Below, one piece after another: positions 28,828 through 38,420 of a stretch of 64,000 nt of DNA. The notes beneath the pieces were generated by a model. That model was given only the letters and a program-made list of their open reading frames with translations. It did no database searches and was not told the DNA's origin. Every line of letters starts with the position of its first letter. Position 1 is the first letter of the stretch. This stretch comes from Syntrophales bacterium (GTDB lineage Bacteria > Desulfobacterota > Syntrophia > Syntrophales > PHBD01): the NCBI GenBank assembly GCA_963668175.1, contig OY764159.1:3424001-3488000 (forward strand), in the 5' to 3' direction. A program made the translations under genes and the position numbers.

Positions 28828-29229
28828 TCATTGCATATGGTATTTCCGAACAACACCCGTAACGACTCCCGCCAGCTTCATCTCCGTTCTTGGGCTGATG
28901 GCGGGGTACTTCGGGTTGGCGGCCTCCAGGACGATGTTCCGGCCGCGGCGGGTGAAATATTTCATGGTCCAATCCCCGTCGACCTGGGCGACGACGATGT
29001 CACCATTCTTTGGGGTTCTCCCCTTTTCGCAGATCACCAAATCCCCTTCCAGGATGCCGGCGCCGATCATCGAGTCGCCGGTCACTTCCAGGAGGAACGA
29101 CTGGCCGGGCCGCACGCATAGGAATTGATCGATCGAGATGATGTCCCGCAGCGCCTCCTCTTCCGGCGATGGGAACCCGGCGGTAACGCTTCCAACGACA
29201 GGTACTTCAGGCGTACGTTCTCTTTCCAT
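28828..29229 (-). CDS. UmuD/LexA-family S24 autopeptidase without DNA-binding domain
   Basis: AGFPSP cleavage site, GDSM (Ser), TMKY (Lys). Confidence 0.88.
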   Translation of the reverse strand: MERERTPEVPVVGSVTAGFPSPEEEALRDIISIDQFLCVRPGQSFLLEVTGDSMIGAGILEGDLVICEKGRTPKNGDIVVAQVDGDWTMKYFTRRGRNIVLEAANPKYPAISPRTEMKLAGVVTGVVRKYHMQ

Positions 29230-29241
29230 GCCCGAAGCTTA

Positions 29242-29257
29242 TAGTACGATCGTACTA
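29242..29257. promoter_or_regulatory. Perfect 16-bp palindrome in the spacer of the umuD-like promoter
   Basis: TAGTACGATCGTACTA; the minus strand reads TTGACT-17-TAAGCT around it. Confidence 0.65.
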
Positions 29258-29284
29258 AAGTCAAGGGGGTTTGTTCCCTGAACA

Positions 29285-29749
29285 TTATTTCAGTATTCTT
29301 TGGTCGAATGCGTAGGTTACGGGATCGCCATATTTCAATTTGCTGAAATCGGGATGAAGGGGATTGATGATATAGTTGAATTCCGTATCAACGATTACGC
29401 TCGGCACTACCAACACCAGTGAGGCTTTTCTTATTGCCCACATCGTGCCCAGCATCTGGGTTGATGCTGGAACTGGATCTAATTTCCAATCGAGCGGCAG
29501 ATCTTTTTCAGATATTTGAACACACAAGCTGTCGTCAAACGAAACAGGGATGTAGACGTAAAGATCGAGTACCGCAACCGCCTCAATATGAACAAGCATT
29601 TCGAGGGCGGCCAGGGACTTGCTCCCGGCCGTGTAAATCAGTGGTGTCCCTTTTTTATTCCAGCGACCACCGTAGTTTTTCGCGCCTTCCCCATCGAAAG
29701 CTGTTGAAGCGTGTCGCGCCTTCGTCATCCTCCATGACGTAATCATCAT
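29285..29749 (-). CDS. RES domain toxin (NAD+ phosphorylase family)
   Basis: FDGEGA..GGRWN..LAALEMLVH..VPSV..NYIINPLHPDF. Confidence 0.93.
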   Translation of the reverse strand: MMITSWRMTKARHASTAFDGEGAKNYGGRWNKKGTPLIYTAGSKSLAALEMLVHIEAVAVLDLYVYIPVSFDDSLCVQISEKDLPLDWKLDPVPASTQMLGTMWAIRKASLVLVVPSVIVDTEFNYIINPLHPDFSKLKYGDPVTYAFDQRILK

Positions 29750-30303
29750 GAGAAGACACCATGCTCGATACGACCAAGGAGATCCTCGACTTCACGGGCA
29801 CCAATCTCAGTGTTCGCATACTCTAATGGAATCTCCCCCCCTAGAGCCTTCTTGGGTGTCTTAAGCCACTGCTGTGCCTGGTCTCTGCCCCCGAGCACTC
29901 TTGCAGCATTTTCAAAGAGGATACCTATCCTCAGTAAGCGATCGGATTCGTCTGCATGAAGACGTCCTTCTCTACGGCGCCGGGCGAGTGTCCGATCGGG
30001 AATACACAATACCCTGGCAAGCTCGGACAAGGTAATATTCATGTAATCGCTTAAGTATTTGAAATTCTTTAGGGGTAACCCCTCTTTCACTATTTTAATA
30101 AGCGTAGAACTGTTCCCCGCGGGCAGACCAAGAGAAGACCCTGTATGAGATTCCTTGCCGATAACTTTTTCAAAGATAAGCCAAGCATCTGCCATTCTTT
30201 GGTATCCTTCAGGCACGTCCGGTATTTCACCTTTACTCGCCATAACCACCATAAAATCTTTATTTATCTGAGTTTTATCTCCCTTTACCTTCCTTTCTCG
30301 CAT
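29746..30303 (-). CDS. Xre/MbcA/ParS antitoxin
   Basis: RTLARRRREGRLHADESDRLLR...WLKTPKKALGG..P..GAREVEDLLGRIEHGVFS. Confidence 0.93.
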   Translation of the reverse strand: MRERKVKGDKTQINKDFMVVMASKGEIPDVPEGYQRMADAWLIFEKVIGKESHTGSSLGLPAGNSSTLIKIVKEGLPLKNFKYLSDYMNITLSELARVLCIPDRTLARRRREGRLHADESDRLLRIGILFENAARVLGGRDQAQQWLKTPKKALGGEIPLEYANTEIGAREVEDLLGRIEHGVFS

Positions 30304-30324
30304 TGCTAATACCCTCCTCTCTGT

Positions 30325-30370
30325 ATGCCATTAGGTATAATAATTTATGCCATGTGGCATCCTTTGTCAA
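30325..30370 (-). promoter_or_regulatory. Xre-RES promoter with two ATGCCA-N2-TGGCAT-type operators
   Basis: ATGCCATGTGGCAT 30347-30360; ATGCCATTAGGTAT 30325-30338; TTGACA on the minus strand at 30365-30370. Confidence 0.6.
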
Positions 30371-30592
30371 GAGCTCTTTAACACGCAATGATGAAATATC
30401 AATTCCGAGGCAGGTTAATTGACATATAAGTTTGGCTAGGGCAGGCATTTATTCCCGAACGGGAACTATTTCGCCTGTTTTGCCCTTTACCATGGCTGAT
30501 ATTCCCGAACGGGAATAATATGTCATTTTCACTATTGTTGCCATTTTTACCAAATGGTGAAAATGCCTTTGGGAGTGAAAACTCGGCCGCGG

Positions 30593-31510
30593 TTACACTC
30601 CCAGATGGTCTCTCAACTTCTTCACCGCCTGCTGATGCTTTGCCTTGCTCATCCTGGCGATGTTCACGAGCTTCCATTTGACGGCCGGCATATTCTCGAT
30701 GCCTTCCATCTCCAGCAGCTCCCACTGAGGAGCCCCCTCTTTCACCGAGACGATGAACTTCTTCTCCGGGAGGGTCATTTCTCGGTTAATCAACGAAACA
30801 AGCTCCTCCCTGGCCCGCTCAAGGTTCTCTACAGAAACAGCCTCAGGGGTCATTCCGCTGAACTCCATTTCATAAACAGACTGGATATCCTTAAAGCTCG
30901 GATTCAGGAGTTCAACAATCGGCCGGTCATGGCTGATGAGATAGACGATGAAGGCTTTTCTCAGGGTCGGCGTAAACTCCCCGTCCCGCTGGAACACGAG
31001 GATGTCGAACAGATCTCTTGGATGCTGGCGATCGAGGGCTGCGCAGATCTTCCCTGCGTATAACTCATCCTCCGCGAGAGTCCTGCATTTTACCGATAAC
31101 GCAAAGGCCTCCCGTGCTTTTGCAGTCATCGCTCTGAATACAGGAGGATAAATAGTGCCCCGCAAAACCAGATTTGGTTCAATCTTCACGGACACTTCCT
31201 GGTATTGAACGAGCAACCCACTCACCAGACCCGTCCCCTTCGACCTTTTGGGCGTGATCCTGGTCCCGGGAATTCTGTCTTTAATTTTCTGGGTAATCCG
31301 GACGAGCGCTTCGCTGATTTCCTGATGGGACGGCTCCCGCTCCTTGATGGGAAGATACACAAGATCGATGTCTACGGAGATCCGTGGGAGATCCCTGATA
31401 AAGTAATTGATGGCCGTTCCACCCTTCAATGCGAAGACGGATTCTTCGTCAGCAAATGGCAGTATCCGTAGCACCAGCCTTGCTCGTTTAAAATCTATAC
31501 TTTCTTTCAT
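30593..31510 (-). CDS. abiEii: AbiEii nucleotidyltransferase toxin (type IV TA)
   Basis: ALKGGTAIN..PRISVDIDL..AGKICAALDRQHPRDLFD. Confidence 0.93.
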   Translation of the reverse strand: MKESIDFKRARLVLRILPFADEESVFALKGGTAINYFIRDLPRISVDIDLVYLPIKEREPSHQEISEALVRITQKIKDRIPGTRITPKRSKGTGLVSGLLVQYQEVSVKIEPNLVLRGTIYPPVFRAMTAKAREAFALSVKCRTLAEDELYAGKICAALDRQHPRDLFDILVFQRDGEFTPTLRKAFIVYLISHDRPIVELLNPSFKDIQSVYEMEFSGMTPEAVSVENLERAREELVSLINREMTLPEKKFIVSVKEGAPQWELLEMEGIENMPAVKWKLVNIARMSKAKHQQAVKKLRDHLGV

Positions 31511-32289
31511 CCCGGCATTACCTCACTTTCCGCGGGAACGGTTATCTTGTATTTTGCGTTATAGCGGCCCTTTTGTACGATTACATACTTTCCTCTTCCG
31601 AGATCGACTTTCTCCAAAGCAAGCTCTGACAACCAAGCATGTTCGCATCTATCAGCCATGTACAAAAACAGCCTCTTCACCTTGACCGAACGGCATAGTT
31701 CCAACAGGGTCTGCACGACGTCTGGCCTTAGGGAAACGAGGTTCTGCATGATCAGGTAGGCTTCTGAAAACCCGGCATGCTTTGGAACAAGGTGCAGCAT
31801 TTCCATCATGGCCCTCTCCGGCGCTGACATCCTGACCGAGAAGTCCTTCTCGTCATGTTCCACGAATCCCTGAGTCTCCGCCGGGAAAAGATTCGTGCGT
31901 GTTACAAGTATCTCAACACCGAGTTGTTCACTATTAAACCAGGAAGGTTTTTTCATAGCGTATGGACCATAGAGATACACGAGGACCTGTCTTACTCGAA
32001 GATAATGCGCATACCCCTGCAGTTCGAGGGCCGTCTTCCCGCCGGCGTGTATAGGCAACTTCAACTGGGTCTGCAAAGTATATAAGGCTCCCAGCCAATC
32101 GACTTTCTCTCCGTAGCGCTTATAAGCCCCACGACCGAAAGATTCCAGCCACTGGGCGAGCTTATATTTCACTAGGGTATCCGGCTTTAAACCTTGCGAA
32201 ACCAGATAGGATGCTGCACTAGGAGTTCCGGGAACCCACTCGGTTATAAGACGGTTTATTTTTGTTCGATCTTTAGGACTCATAGTCAT
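31507..32289 (-). CDS. abiEi: AbiEi antitoxin
   Basis: HAGGKTALELQG..SAPERAMME..CRSVKVKRLFLY; overlaps abiEii. Confidence 0.92.
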   Translation of the reverse strand: MTMSPKDRTKINRLITEWVPGTPSAASYLVSQGLKPDTLVKYKLAQWLESFGRGAYKRYGEKVDWLGALYTLQTQLKLPIHAGGKTALELQGYAHYLRVRQVLVYLYGPYAMKKPSWFNSEQLGVEILVTRTNLFPAETQGFVEHDEKDFSVRMSAPERAMMEMLHLVPKHAGFSEAYLIMQNLVSLRPDVVQTLLELCRSVKVKRLFLYMADRCEHAWLSELALEKVDLGRGKYVIVQKGRYNAKYKITVPAESEVMPG

Positions 32290-33057
32290 AATAATAGCAT
32301 AATCTTTAACTCATGTCAATTCAATAGTTATGTATTATTTTGTTTTTATGACTATTTGTCATATTGCTATCTTATTTCTTAACTTTTCCTTCCCCCACCT
32401 GCTCCAGCACTTCCATCTCTTACATCTCCCGCTCCATCTCCATCTCCGTCTCCATCTCCAGCAGCTCCACCATCTTCATCACCACACCAACAACGACGAT
32501 AATAATCATGGTGGCTGTCATCAATCACAAACAGAAGAGCTTCACGAGGAGGAGCAGAAGAACGAGGCGGTCTTCATAATAAAAAGTCAATTTTGAGGCT
32601 GGTTAATTGACATAACTGCTTCGCCAGGTCAATTTGTGCTCCTGAAATTAATCGTTTCATTAATTGAATCAAAAGGAAGATTTGCAGTATTCGCGAATAG
32701 CGAATGCAATAATTTCCATAAGTTTGAAATCCATGAAATTAGTGTAAGATATTATAAAATTTCAATGCAATGCAAAGTCGACTGATTATTCCATCTAACA
32801 AAGCCATGTGAAAAGCGTTATCCTTAATCACACACTACATCATTCATTCATTCAGTCACCCACTCAATCAACCTTTCAATCATCCTTAAAGACAACCTCT
32901 TGACCAGTCAACCGCATTCGCTTCTTTGAGAGGAATAATATTGGATGACCTACCCCACGAAAGCGGATCTAGCTGTTAAGTTAAGATTCGAGCATAATGA
33001 GCCAGAAACGGTTAACCGGGTTCTTTGCACGTTCCTTAATAGTTTGTGCTGTGTATT

Positions 33058-33687
33058 CTAAATCTGAGTAGTAATTCTTCGGCTTTCGAGGAATTTGACG
33101 AGAGTGCCCCTGTGGACGTCAAACATGCGGGCCATTGCGCTTTTTGAAATCTTCTTTGCCATCAGTTTTCGGATTTCATCCTCCCGGCCGTCCAGTCGGC
33201 TTTTTGATAAAGCACCTTTCGGCCTGCCCAATTTCTTACCTCCTTGTTTCACAGCAGCCAGGGCCGCCTTTGTCCTGGAACTAATCATATCCCGCTCCAA
33301 CTCGGCCAGTAGAGAGAACACCGTCACCATGACCTTTGAGGTCATGTCGTGGTTGCCCTGGACATCGAGGTTCTGTTTGATGGCCACGAGGCGGATCTTC
33401 CGTTCAACCAGGGCGTTGACCAGGCCGATCACCTCCGGAATGCTCCGGCCAATCCGGGACAGTTCCGAGACGATAAGCAGATCGCCCGGTGCGAGTTTGC
33501 CCATCAGCTCATCGATGCGCCGCTCCTTCGTCGTTTTGCGAGAGGAGATCTCGATCGAGATGAACTCGTCGACATTGATCCGGTGCCGGTTGGCGTAGTC
33601 CAGGATCTCCAGGCGCTGCTTGTTGACGTCCTGCTCATCCGTCGAAACGCGGATATAGGCAATGGTTCGGGGTTGGGAGGTCATCAT
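33058..33687 (-). CDS. Serine recombinase (resolvase/invertase)
   Basis: AYIRVSTDEQ catalytic Ser, ELSRIGRS, AELER, LGRP, C-terminal HTH. Confidence 0.93.
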   Translation of the reverse strand: MMTSQPRTIAYIRVSTDEQDVNKQRLEILDYANRHRINVDEFISIEISSRKTTKERRIDELMGKLAPGDLLIVSELSRIGRSIPEVIGLVNALVERKIRLVAIKQNLDVQGNHDMTSKVMVTVFSLLAELERDMISSRTKAALAAVKQGGKKLGRPKGALSKSRLDGREDEIRKLMAKKISKSAMARMFDVHRGTLVKFLESRRITTQI

Positions 33688-33869
33688 TTTTGATTCTTTC
33701 TCTTTTTGCGATGCCAAATCAATTTCGCAAACCGGGGATCTTGTTGAGCGGCCAGTGCGAAAACGTAGTTGAGTGTGTCGACCTCCTCCTGAGGGATAGT
33801 GGGATCGTGAAACCAATAGCCTCGAACTTTATCTAAATGTACGACCTTCTCGTCTTTCTTGTCGCTCAT
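33684..33869 (-). CDS. Small hypothetical protein coupled to the resolvase
   Basis: RBS GGAGG, MSDKKDEK...; its stop overlaps the resolvase ATG. Confidence 0.55.
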   Translation of the reverse strand: MSDKKDEKVVHLDKVRGYWFHDPTIPQEEVDTLNYVFALAAQQDPRFAKLIWHRKKRKNQK

Positions 33870-33888
33870 TGGTGGATCAACCTCCATT

Positions 33889-34067
33889 GTCATCTAAGGG
33901 GATGACAGAAACGGCCCCAGGCTGTCATCGAAAGGGATGACTAGCTAAATCCTGATACAGAAGCGTAAACCAATAAAATCAACACGGTTGAGGAAATCAG
34001 GATAGACGACTTGTCATCGAAGGGGATGACAGAATCGGCCCCTCAGGCTATCATCGAAGGGGATGAC
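33889..34067. repeat. Four 18-bp palindromes RTCATC-N6-GATGAC arranged as a duplicated pair
   Basis: 33889-33906, 33924-33941, 34013-34030, 34050-34067. Confidence 0.9.
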
Positions 34068-34316
34068 AACCCTGTTATCTCGTGAATCTATCATACCGTG
34101 CAATTTGCTCATCTGTCAACATAAATGCCTAAAAACTAATTATAGTGATGAATTTTTGATAACTTTATTACTTATATTCAGTGATATAATTTTTACTATG
34201 CTATACGTTCCTTTTATTGATACATGCCTTCATGAATATAATAGTTGACGGATATCGAAAAATATGTATGATTAGTGTCGCGTTACACGATACATTTTTG
34301 TCAAGGAGTTTGTAAC

Positions 34317-37300
34317 ATGACGATTCCGTCCGAACAATATGACCATCCAGGGACCTATGTCCGAAAGAATATCATTCCCTCAGGCATGTCTGTTAAAGAT
34401 GCCGCCATACGGCTCGGTGTCGGCCGGCCTGCGCTATCGAACTTTCTCAACGGGAAATCCTCCCTATCACCCGACATGGCGGTTAGGCTGGAAAAGGCGT
34501 TCGGTGCCGACCGGAAGAAGCTACTCGACATGCAGGCTGCCTATGAACAACAGGAGAGGCGCGGCAGTGAACAGGAGGTCGCCGTGCGCGCCTTCGTCCC
34601 CTGCTTTCTTACCATCAAAGCCAAGCATATCGAGGAGTGGGCCGGCAGCAATATTGAAGCGCGTACCCACCTTCCCGTCTTACTGCGGAGGCTGGTACAT
34701 TCTACCGGCCACGATCTTCGTCAGGTCGACTTCCCAGGTTATGACAACGCGCAACGGAAGGGGTCAGATGGTTTCGTCGAAGCGGGCGCCGCTACACCAT
34801 GGATTCCTAAGGGAAAATCCCGTTGGGAGTTTGGAGTGGACAAAAATCCAAGTGTTAAAGCTGATAAAGATTATATAGCGCGGCTCACATCTGTTAATGC
34901 CGATGAAAGAGCAAAAAGCGCATTCATCTTCGTAACACCTCGCAATTGGCCCGGTAAGACTATTTGGGAGAAAAAAAAGAACGCGACCAGGGACTGGAAG
35001 GTTGTCAGAGCACTTGACGCAAGCGATCTCGAGCAGTGGCTGGAACAGTCGGTGCCGGCACAGGTCTGGTTCGCTGAACAAATAGCTATGCCTATCAGTG
35101 GCTATGAGACGCTGGAGCAGGCATGGCGACGCTGGACCGATGTTAGCGATCCCAATATGACTCCGGAGATATTTGCGCCATCGATTGCCGCTTACCGGGG
35201 GATGTTTAAATCATGGCTTGAGAAAAAGAGCGAAAGATTCTTTGTTGTCGCTGCCGATTCAAGGGATGAGGCGCTAGCTTTTCTGGCGTGTTTGTTTAAT
35301 GATGACGAACTCCGTAAATTCAAAGACCTCACTGCGGTCTTTACATCTTCGGCAACTTTAAAGACGCTTATCGCATCATCTGTGCCTTTCATTCCGATTG
35401 TCCATTCTTTAGACGCTGAACGTGAATTGGTCGATGCCCATCGCCGGCTTCATTGTATAGTTTTTCGTCCTCGAAATGCAGTTGATACAGAGGCTGATAT
35501 AGCTCTCGACCTGCTCGGATACGAAGACTTTAAGAAGTCACTTACGGCAATGGGAATAAGGGAAGAAGAAGTCAGTATGCTTGCAAGGGAGTCGGCTCAT
35601 TCACCTACGATCCTGCGCCGCCGTCTTTCTATAAATCCGGCGATCAGAATTCCGGCTTGGGCTGGTGATGACGAAATGTCAAAGGCTCTTGTACCAATAG
35701 TACTGATCGGTGCTTGGCATACCGAGTCGAAAGCGGATCGCGAAATCGTTTCATCGCTGGGCGATCGAGAGTACGAAACTATCGAAGACGATATCGCGCG
35801 TCTGCTCCGTTACGACGATAGCCCGGTGTGGTCTACAGGAAGTTACCGTGGTGTTATCTCTAAAATCGATGCGATATTTGCGATTGCAAGGATGATCACG
35901 CGGCCAAACCTCGACCGATTCTTTATTGCCGCTGAATGCGTCCTTGCGGAGTCCGACCCGGCGCTTGAACTGCCGGGAAAGGACAGGTGGGCCGCGGCAT
36001 TGTATGGTAAGACACGAGACCACTCCGGTGCTTTGAGAAACAGTGTCTGCGAGACGCTTGTCATCCTTTCGGTTCACGGAAACATCTTATTCCAGGACCG
36101 TATTGGCATCGACGTCGAAAGCTGTGTGGCGGCTCTGATCCGCAAGCTCTTAACGCCGCTGACGCTCGAAAAATTACTCTCCCAAGATAGCGATCTGCCT
36201 CGTTACGCTGAAGCAGCCCCCGATGTATTTCTCCGGATCATCGAAGCAGATCTTCAGAACGACGATCCAATCGTTCTCGGCCTTCTTAGCCCTGTCGACA
36301 GAAACTCATTATGGGATTCGCCGTCACGGACGGGTCTTCTTTGGGCGCTAGAGTGTCTTGCATGGAAACCACAGAACCTCCTTCGCGTATCGCTGATCTT
36401 AGCTCAACTCTCGCGGCGGAAAATCGACGACAATTTGATGAATAAACCGGATGCAAGCCTTCAGGAAATCTTCAGTTCATGGCTGCCGCAGACCGCAGCT
36501 TCAGTAGAAGAAAGGATCAAGGCGTTGGAAACTCTCATCAGGCGTTATCCGGATGTCGGATGGGAGATTTGCACAGCACAGATCAAGCCAGGTCCCCAGA
36601 TGGGCCACTATAGCTACCGGCCCCGCTGGCGCGGTGACGCCACTGGTGCCGGGCACGGTGCCACGCGCAAAGATATATACACGTTTTGCAGAAAGGTTTT
36701 GGATTTACTGATCGATTGGAGTTCTCATGATGAAAATACCCTTGGCGATCTCGTCCAGTCTCTCCAAGGCATGCCCGAGAAAGACCAGTCTAGGGTCTGG
36801 GATCTTATCAGTAAATGGTCCCCGAAAGCTAGTGAAGAGGCGAAGGCTACGCTTAGAGAGCGGATCCGAAAATTCGCTTTTACGCGACGCGGCCGTCAAC
36901 GAAAGCTTGGGGAAGCAACCCGTGACCGTGCACATGAAGCGTATGATAGCCTTAAACCTAACGACCCAGTAATCCGACACGGTTGGCTTTTCGCGAATCA
37001 GTGGATACAGGAATCGCCCGACGAAATCGAAGAGGAGGGGTTCGACTTTCGGAAACGCGATGAGAGGATCAACAGGCTACGTCGCGAAGCGATCACAGAG
37101 ATATGGACCGAATACGGTTTTGAAGGTGTCCAGAAATTACTTGCCGGCAGCGGTGCCGCTGGTACTGTCGGCCAATACGCAGCATCATTATTTACTGATA
37201 TGAAATCACAGGTTGATTTCATTTACCGTTGTCTTTCCCTTGATGGGGCTATCCGAAGTAAGGCTGATTGGTGCCTCCAAGGATTCCTTTGGTCGATCGT

Positions 37301-38387
37301 GGACGACTCACGCATCGAATTGCTGCAAGCTGCGCTTAAAGGACTGTCTGCTGAGGATTGTAAGCGGCTATTTATATGTACGCCTTTCCAAGAATCCACC
37401 TGGCGCCTTCTGGGCGATTATGATGAAGAGATCCGCAACGGCTACTGGCAGGACGTGTCTCCTTTCTTAGGCAAATTCACGCCCGCCGAGCTTACTACAG
37501 TGATTGACCGTTTTCTGGAAGCGAGGCGACCGCGCGCAGCATTCTTTGCCGTCCATATGGATTTCAGGGATATTGAAACATCGCGCCTCAAGAGGCTGCT
37601 GCTCGACGTTGCGACTGTCAATGTTGAGCCAGCAGATCATTTCAAGTTAGACAGCTACCACATTTCCGAAGCATTGGACTCACTTCATGGACGTGTGGGT
37701 GTAACCCATGAAGAAATGGCTCAACTTGAGTTTCTGTATATCGATGCCCTACGCAGCAGCAAGCATGGAATCCCGAATCTCGAAAGACAGATCGCGCAAA
37801 CTCCGTCGTTATTTGTCCAGGCCTTGGCGTTCGCCTACAAACGGAGTGACAATAGAGAAGACCCACAGGAGTGGAGGATTGAGAATCCCGAACAAAGGAG
37901 GGCGATGGCTTCGGCTGCTTATCACCTCCTTGACCAGATGGAGAAGATTCCCGGTACGGATGAAAACGGAAGAATTAAAGGAACGGATCTCACTGCGTGG
38001 ATTGCTGAGGTTAGGCGTCTATGCCATGAGTTCGCCCGCGTTGAAATTGGTGATCAGTGTCTCGGGCAACTACTAGCTAAGGCCCCCATGGATGAAAATG
38101 GCATATGGCCGTGCGAGGCAGTTTGCGAGGCGATGGAGGGAATGGCATCCGCTGAAATCGGCAAGGGATTCCATATCGGTGTAAAGAATTCTCGCGGAGT
38201 TCACTCGCGGGGCGAGGGGGGAGAACAGGAGCGCGAGCTCGCCGCGAAATACCGGGCTTGGGCCGAGCGCCTGCACTTTAACTATCCCTTTGTTGGGGGA
38301 GTCCTTGAGGATATCGCCAAGTCCTATGACCGTGAAGCCATATGGCAGGATTCCGAAACCAAGATCGAGAAGAGGTTGAACTATTGA
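34317..38387 (+). CDS. HigA-type HTH fused to a large (~1250 aa) region (degenerate nuclease/NTPase-like and helical repeats)
   Basis: HPGTYV..LGVGRPALSNFLNGKSSLSPDMAVRLEKAFG; KGSDGFV..RWEFG; RBS AAGGAG before ATG 34317. Confidence 0.85.
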   Translation: MTIPSEQYDHPGTYVRKNIIPSGMSVKDAAIRLGVGRPALSNFLNGKSSLSPDMAVRLEKAFGADRKKLLDMQAAYEQQERRGSEQEVAVRAFVPCFLTIKAKHIEEWAGSNIEARTHLPVLLRRLVHSTGHDLRQVDFPGYDNAQRKGSDGFVEAGAATPWIPKGKSRWEFGVDKNPSVKADKDYIARLTSVNADERAKSAFIFVTPRNWPGKTIWEKKKNATRDWKVVRALDASDLEQWLEQSVPAQVWFAEQIAMPISGYETLEQAWRRWTDVSDPNMTPEIFAPSIAAYRGMFKSWLEKKSERFFVVAADSRDEALAFLACLFNDDELRKFKDLTAVFTSSATLKTLIASSVPFIPIVHSLDAERELVDAHRRLHCIVFRPRNAVDTEADIALDLLGYEDFKKSLTAMGIREEEVSMLARESAHSPTILRRRLSINPAIRIPAWAGDDEMSKALVPIVLIGAWHTESKADREIVSSLGDREYETIEDDIARLLRYDDSPVWSTGSYRGVISKIDAIFAIARMITRPNLDRFFIAAECVLAESDPALELPGKDRWAAALYGKTRDHSGALRNSVCETLVILSVHGNILFQDRIGIDVESCVAALIRKLLTPLTLEKLLSQDSDLPRYAEAAPDVFLRIIEADLQNDDPIVLGLLSPVDRNSLWDSPSRTGLLWALECLAWKPQNLLRVSLILAQLSRRKIDDNLMNKPDASLQEIFSSWLPQTAASVEERIKALETLIRRYPDVGWEICTAQIKPGPQMGHYSYRPRWRGDATGAGHGATRKDIYTFCRKVLDLLIDWSSHDENTLGDLVQSLQGMPEKDQSRVWDLISKWSPKASEEAKATLRERIRKFAFTRRGRQRKLGEATRDRAHEAYDSLKPNDPVIRHGWLFANQWIQESPDEIEEEGFDFRKRDERINRLRREAITEIWTEYGFEGVQKLLAGSGAAGTVGQYAASLFTDMKSQVDFIYRCLSLDGAIRSKADWCLQGFLWSIVDDSRIELLQAALKGLSAEDCKRLFICTPFQESTWRLLGDYDEEIRNGYWQDVSPFLGKFTPAELTTVIDRFLEARRPRAAFFAVHMDFRDIETSRLKRLLLDVATVNVEPADHFKLDSYHISEALDSLHGRVGVTHEEMAQLEFLYIDALRSSKHGIPNLERQIAQTPSLFVQALAFAYKRSDNREDPQEWRIENPEQRRAMASAAYHLLDQMEKIPGTDENGRIKGTDLTAWIAEVRRLCHEFARVEIGDQCLGQLLAKAPMDENGIWPCEAVCEAMEGMASAEIGKGFHIGVKNSRGVHSRGEGGEQERELAAKYRAWAERLHFNYPFVGGVLEDIAKSYDREAIWQDSETKIEKRLNY

Positions 38388-38420
38388 AAGGAACTAGGTG
38401 CATCTCAACAGCCAATAAAC

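Noticed and set aside
33889..34067. CRISPR array
   Set aside because: Repeats are 18 bp with gaps of 17, 71 and 19 bp, two of the gaps resemble each other, and there are no cas genes.
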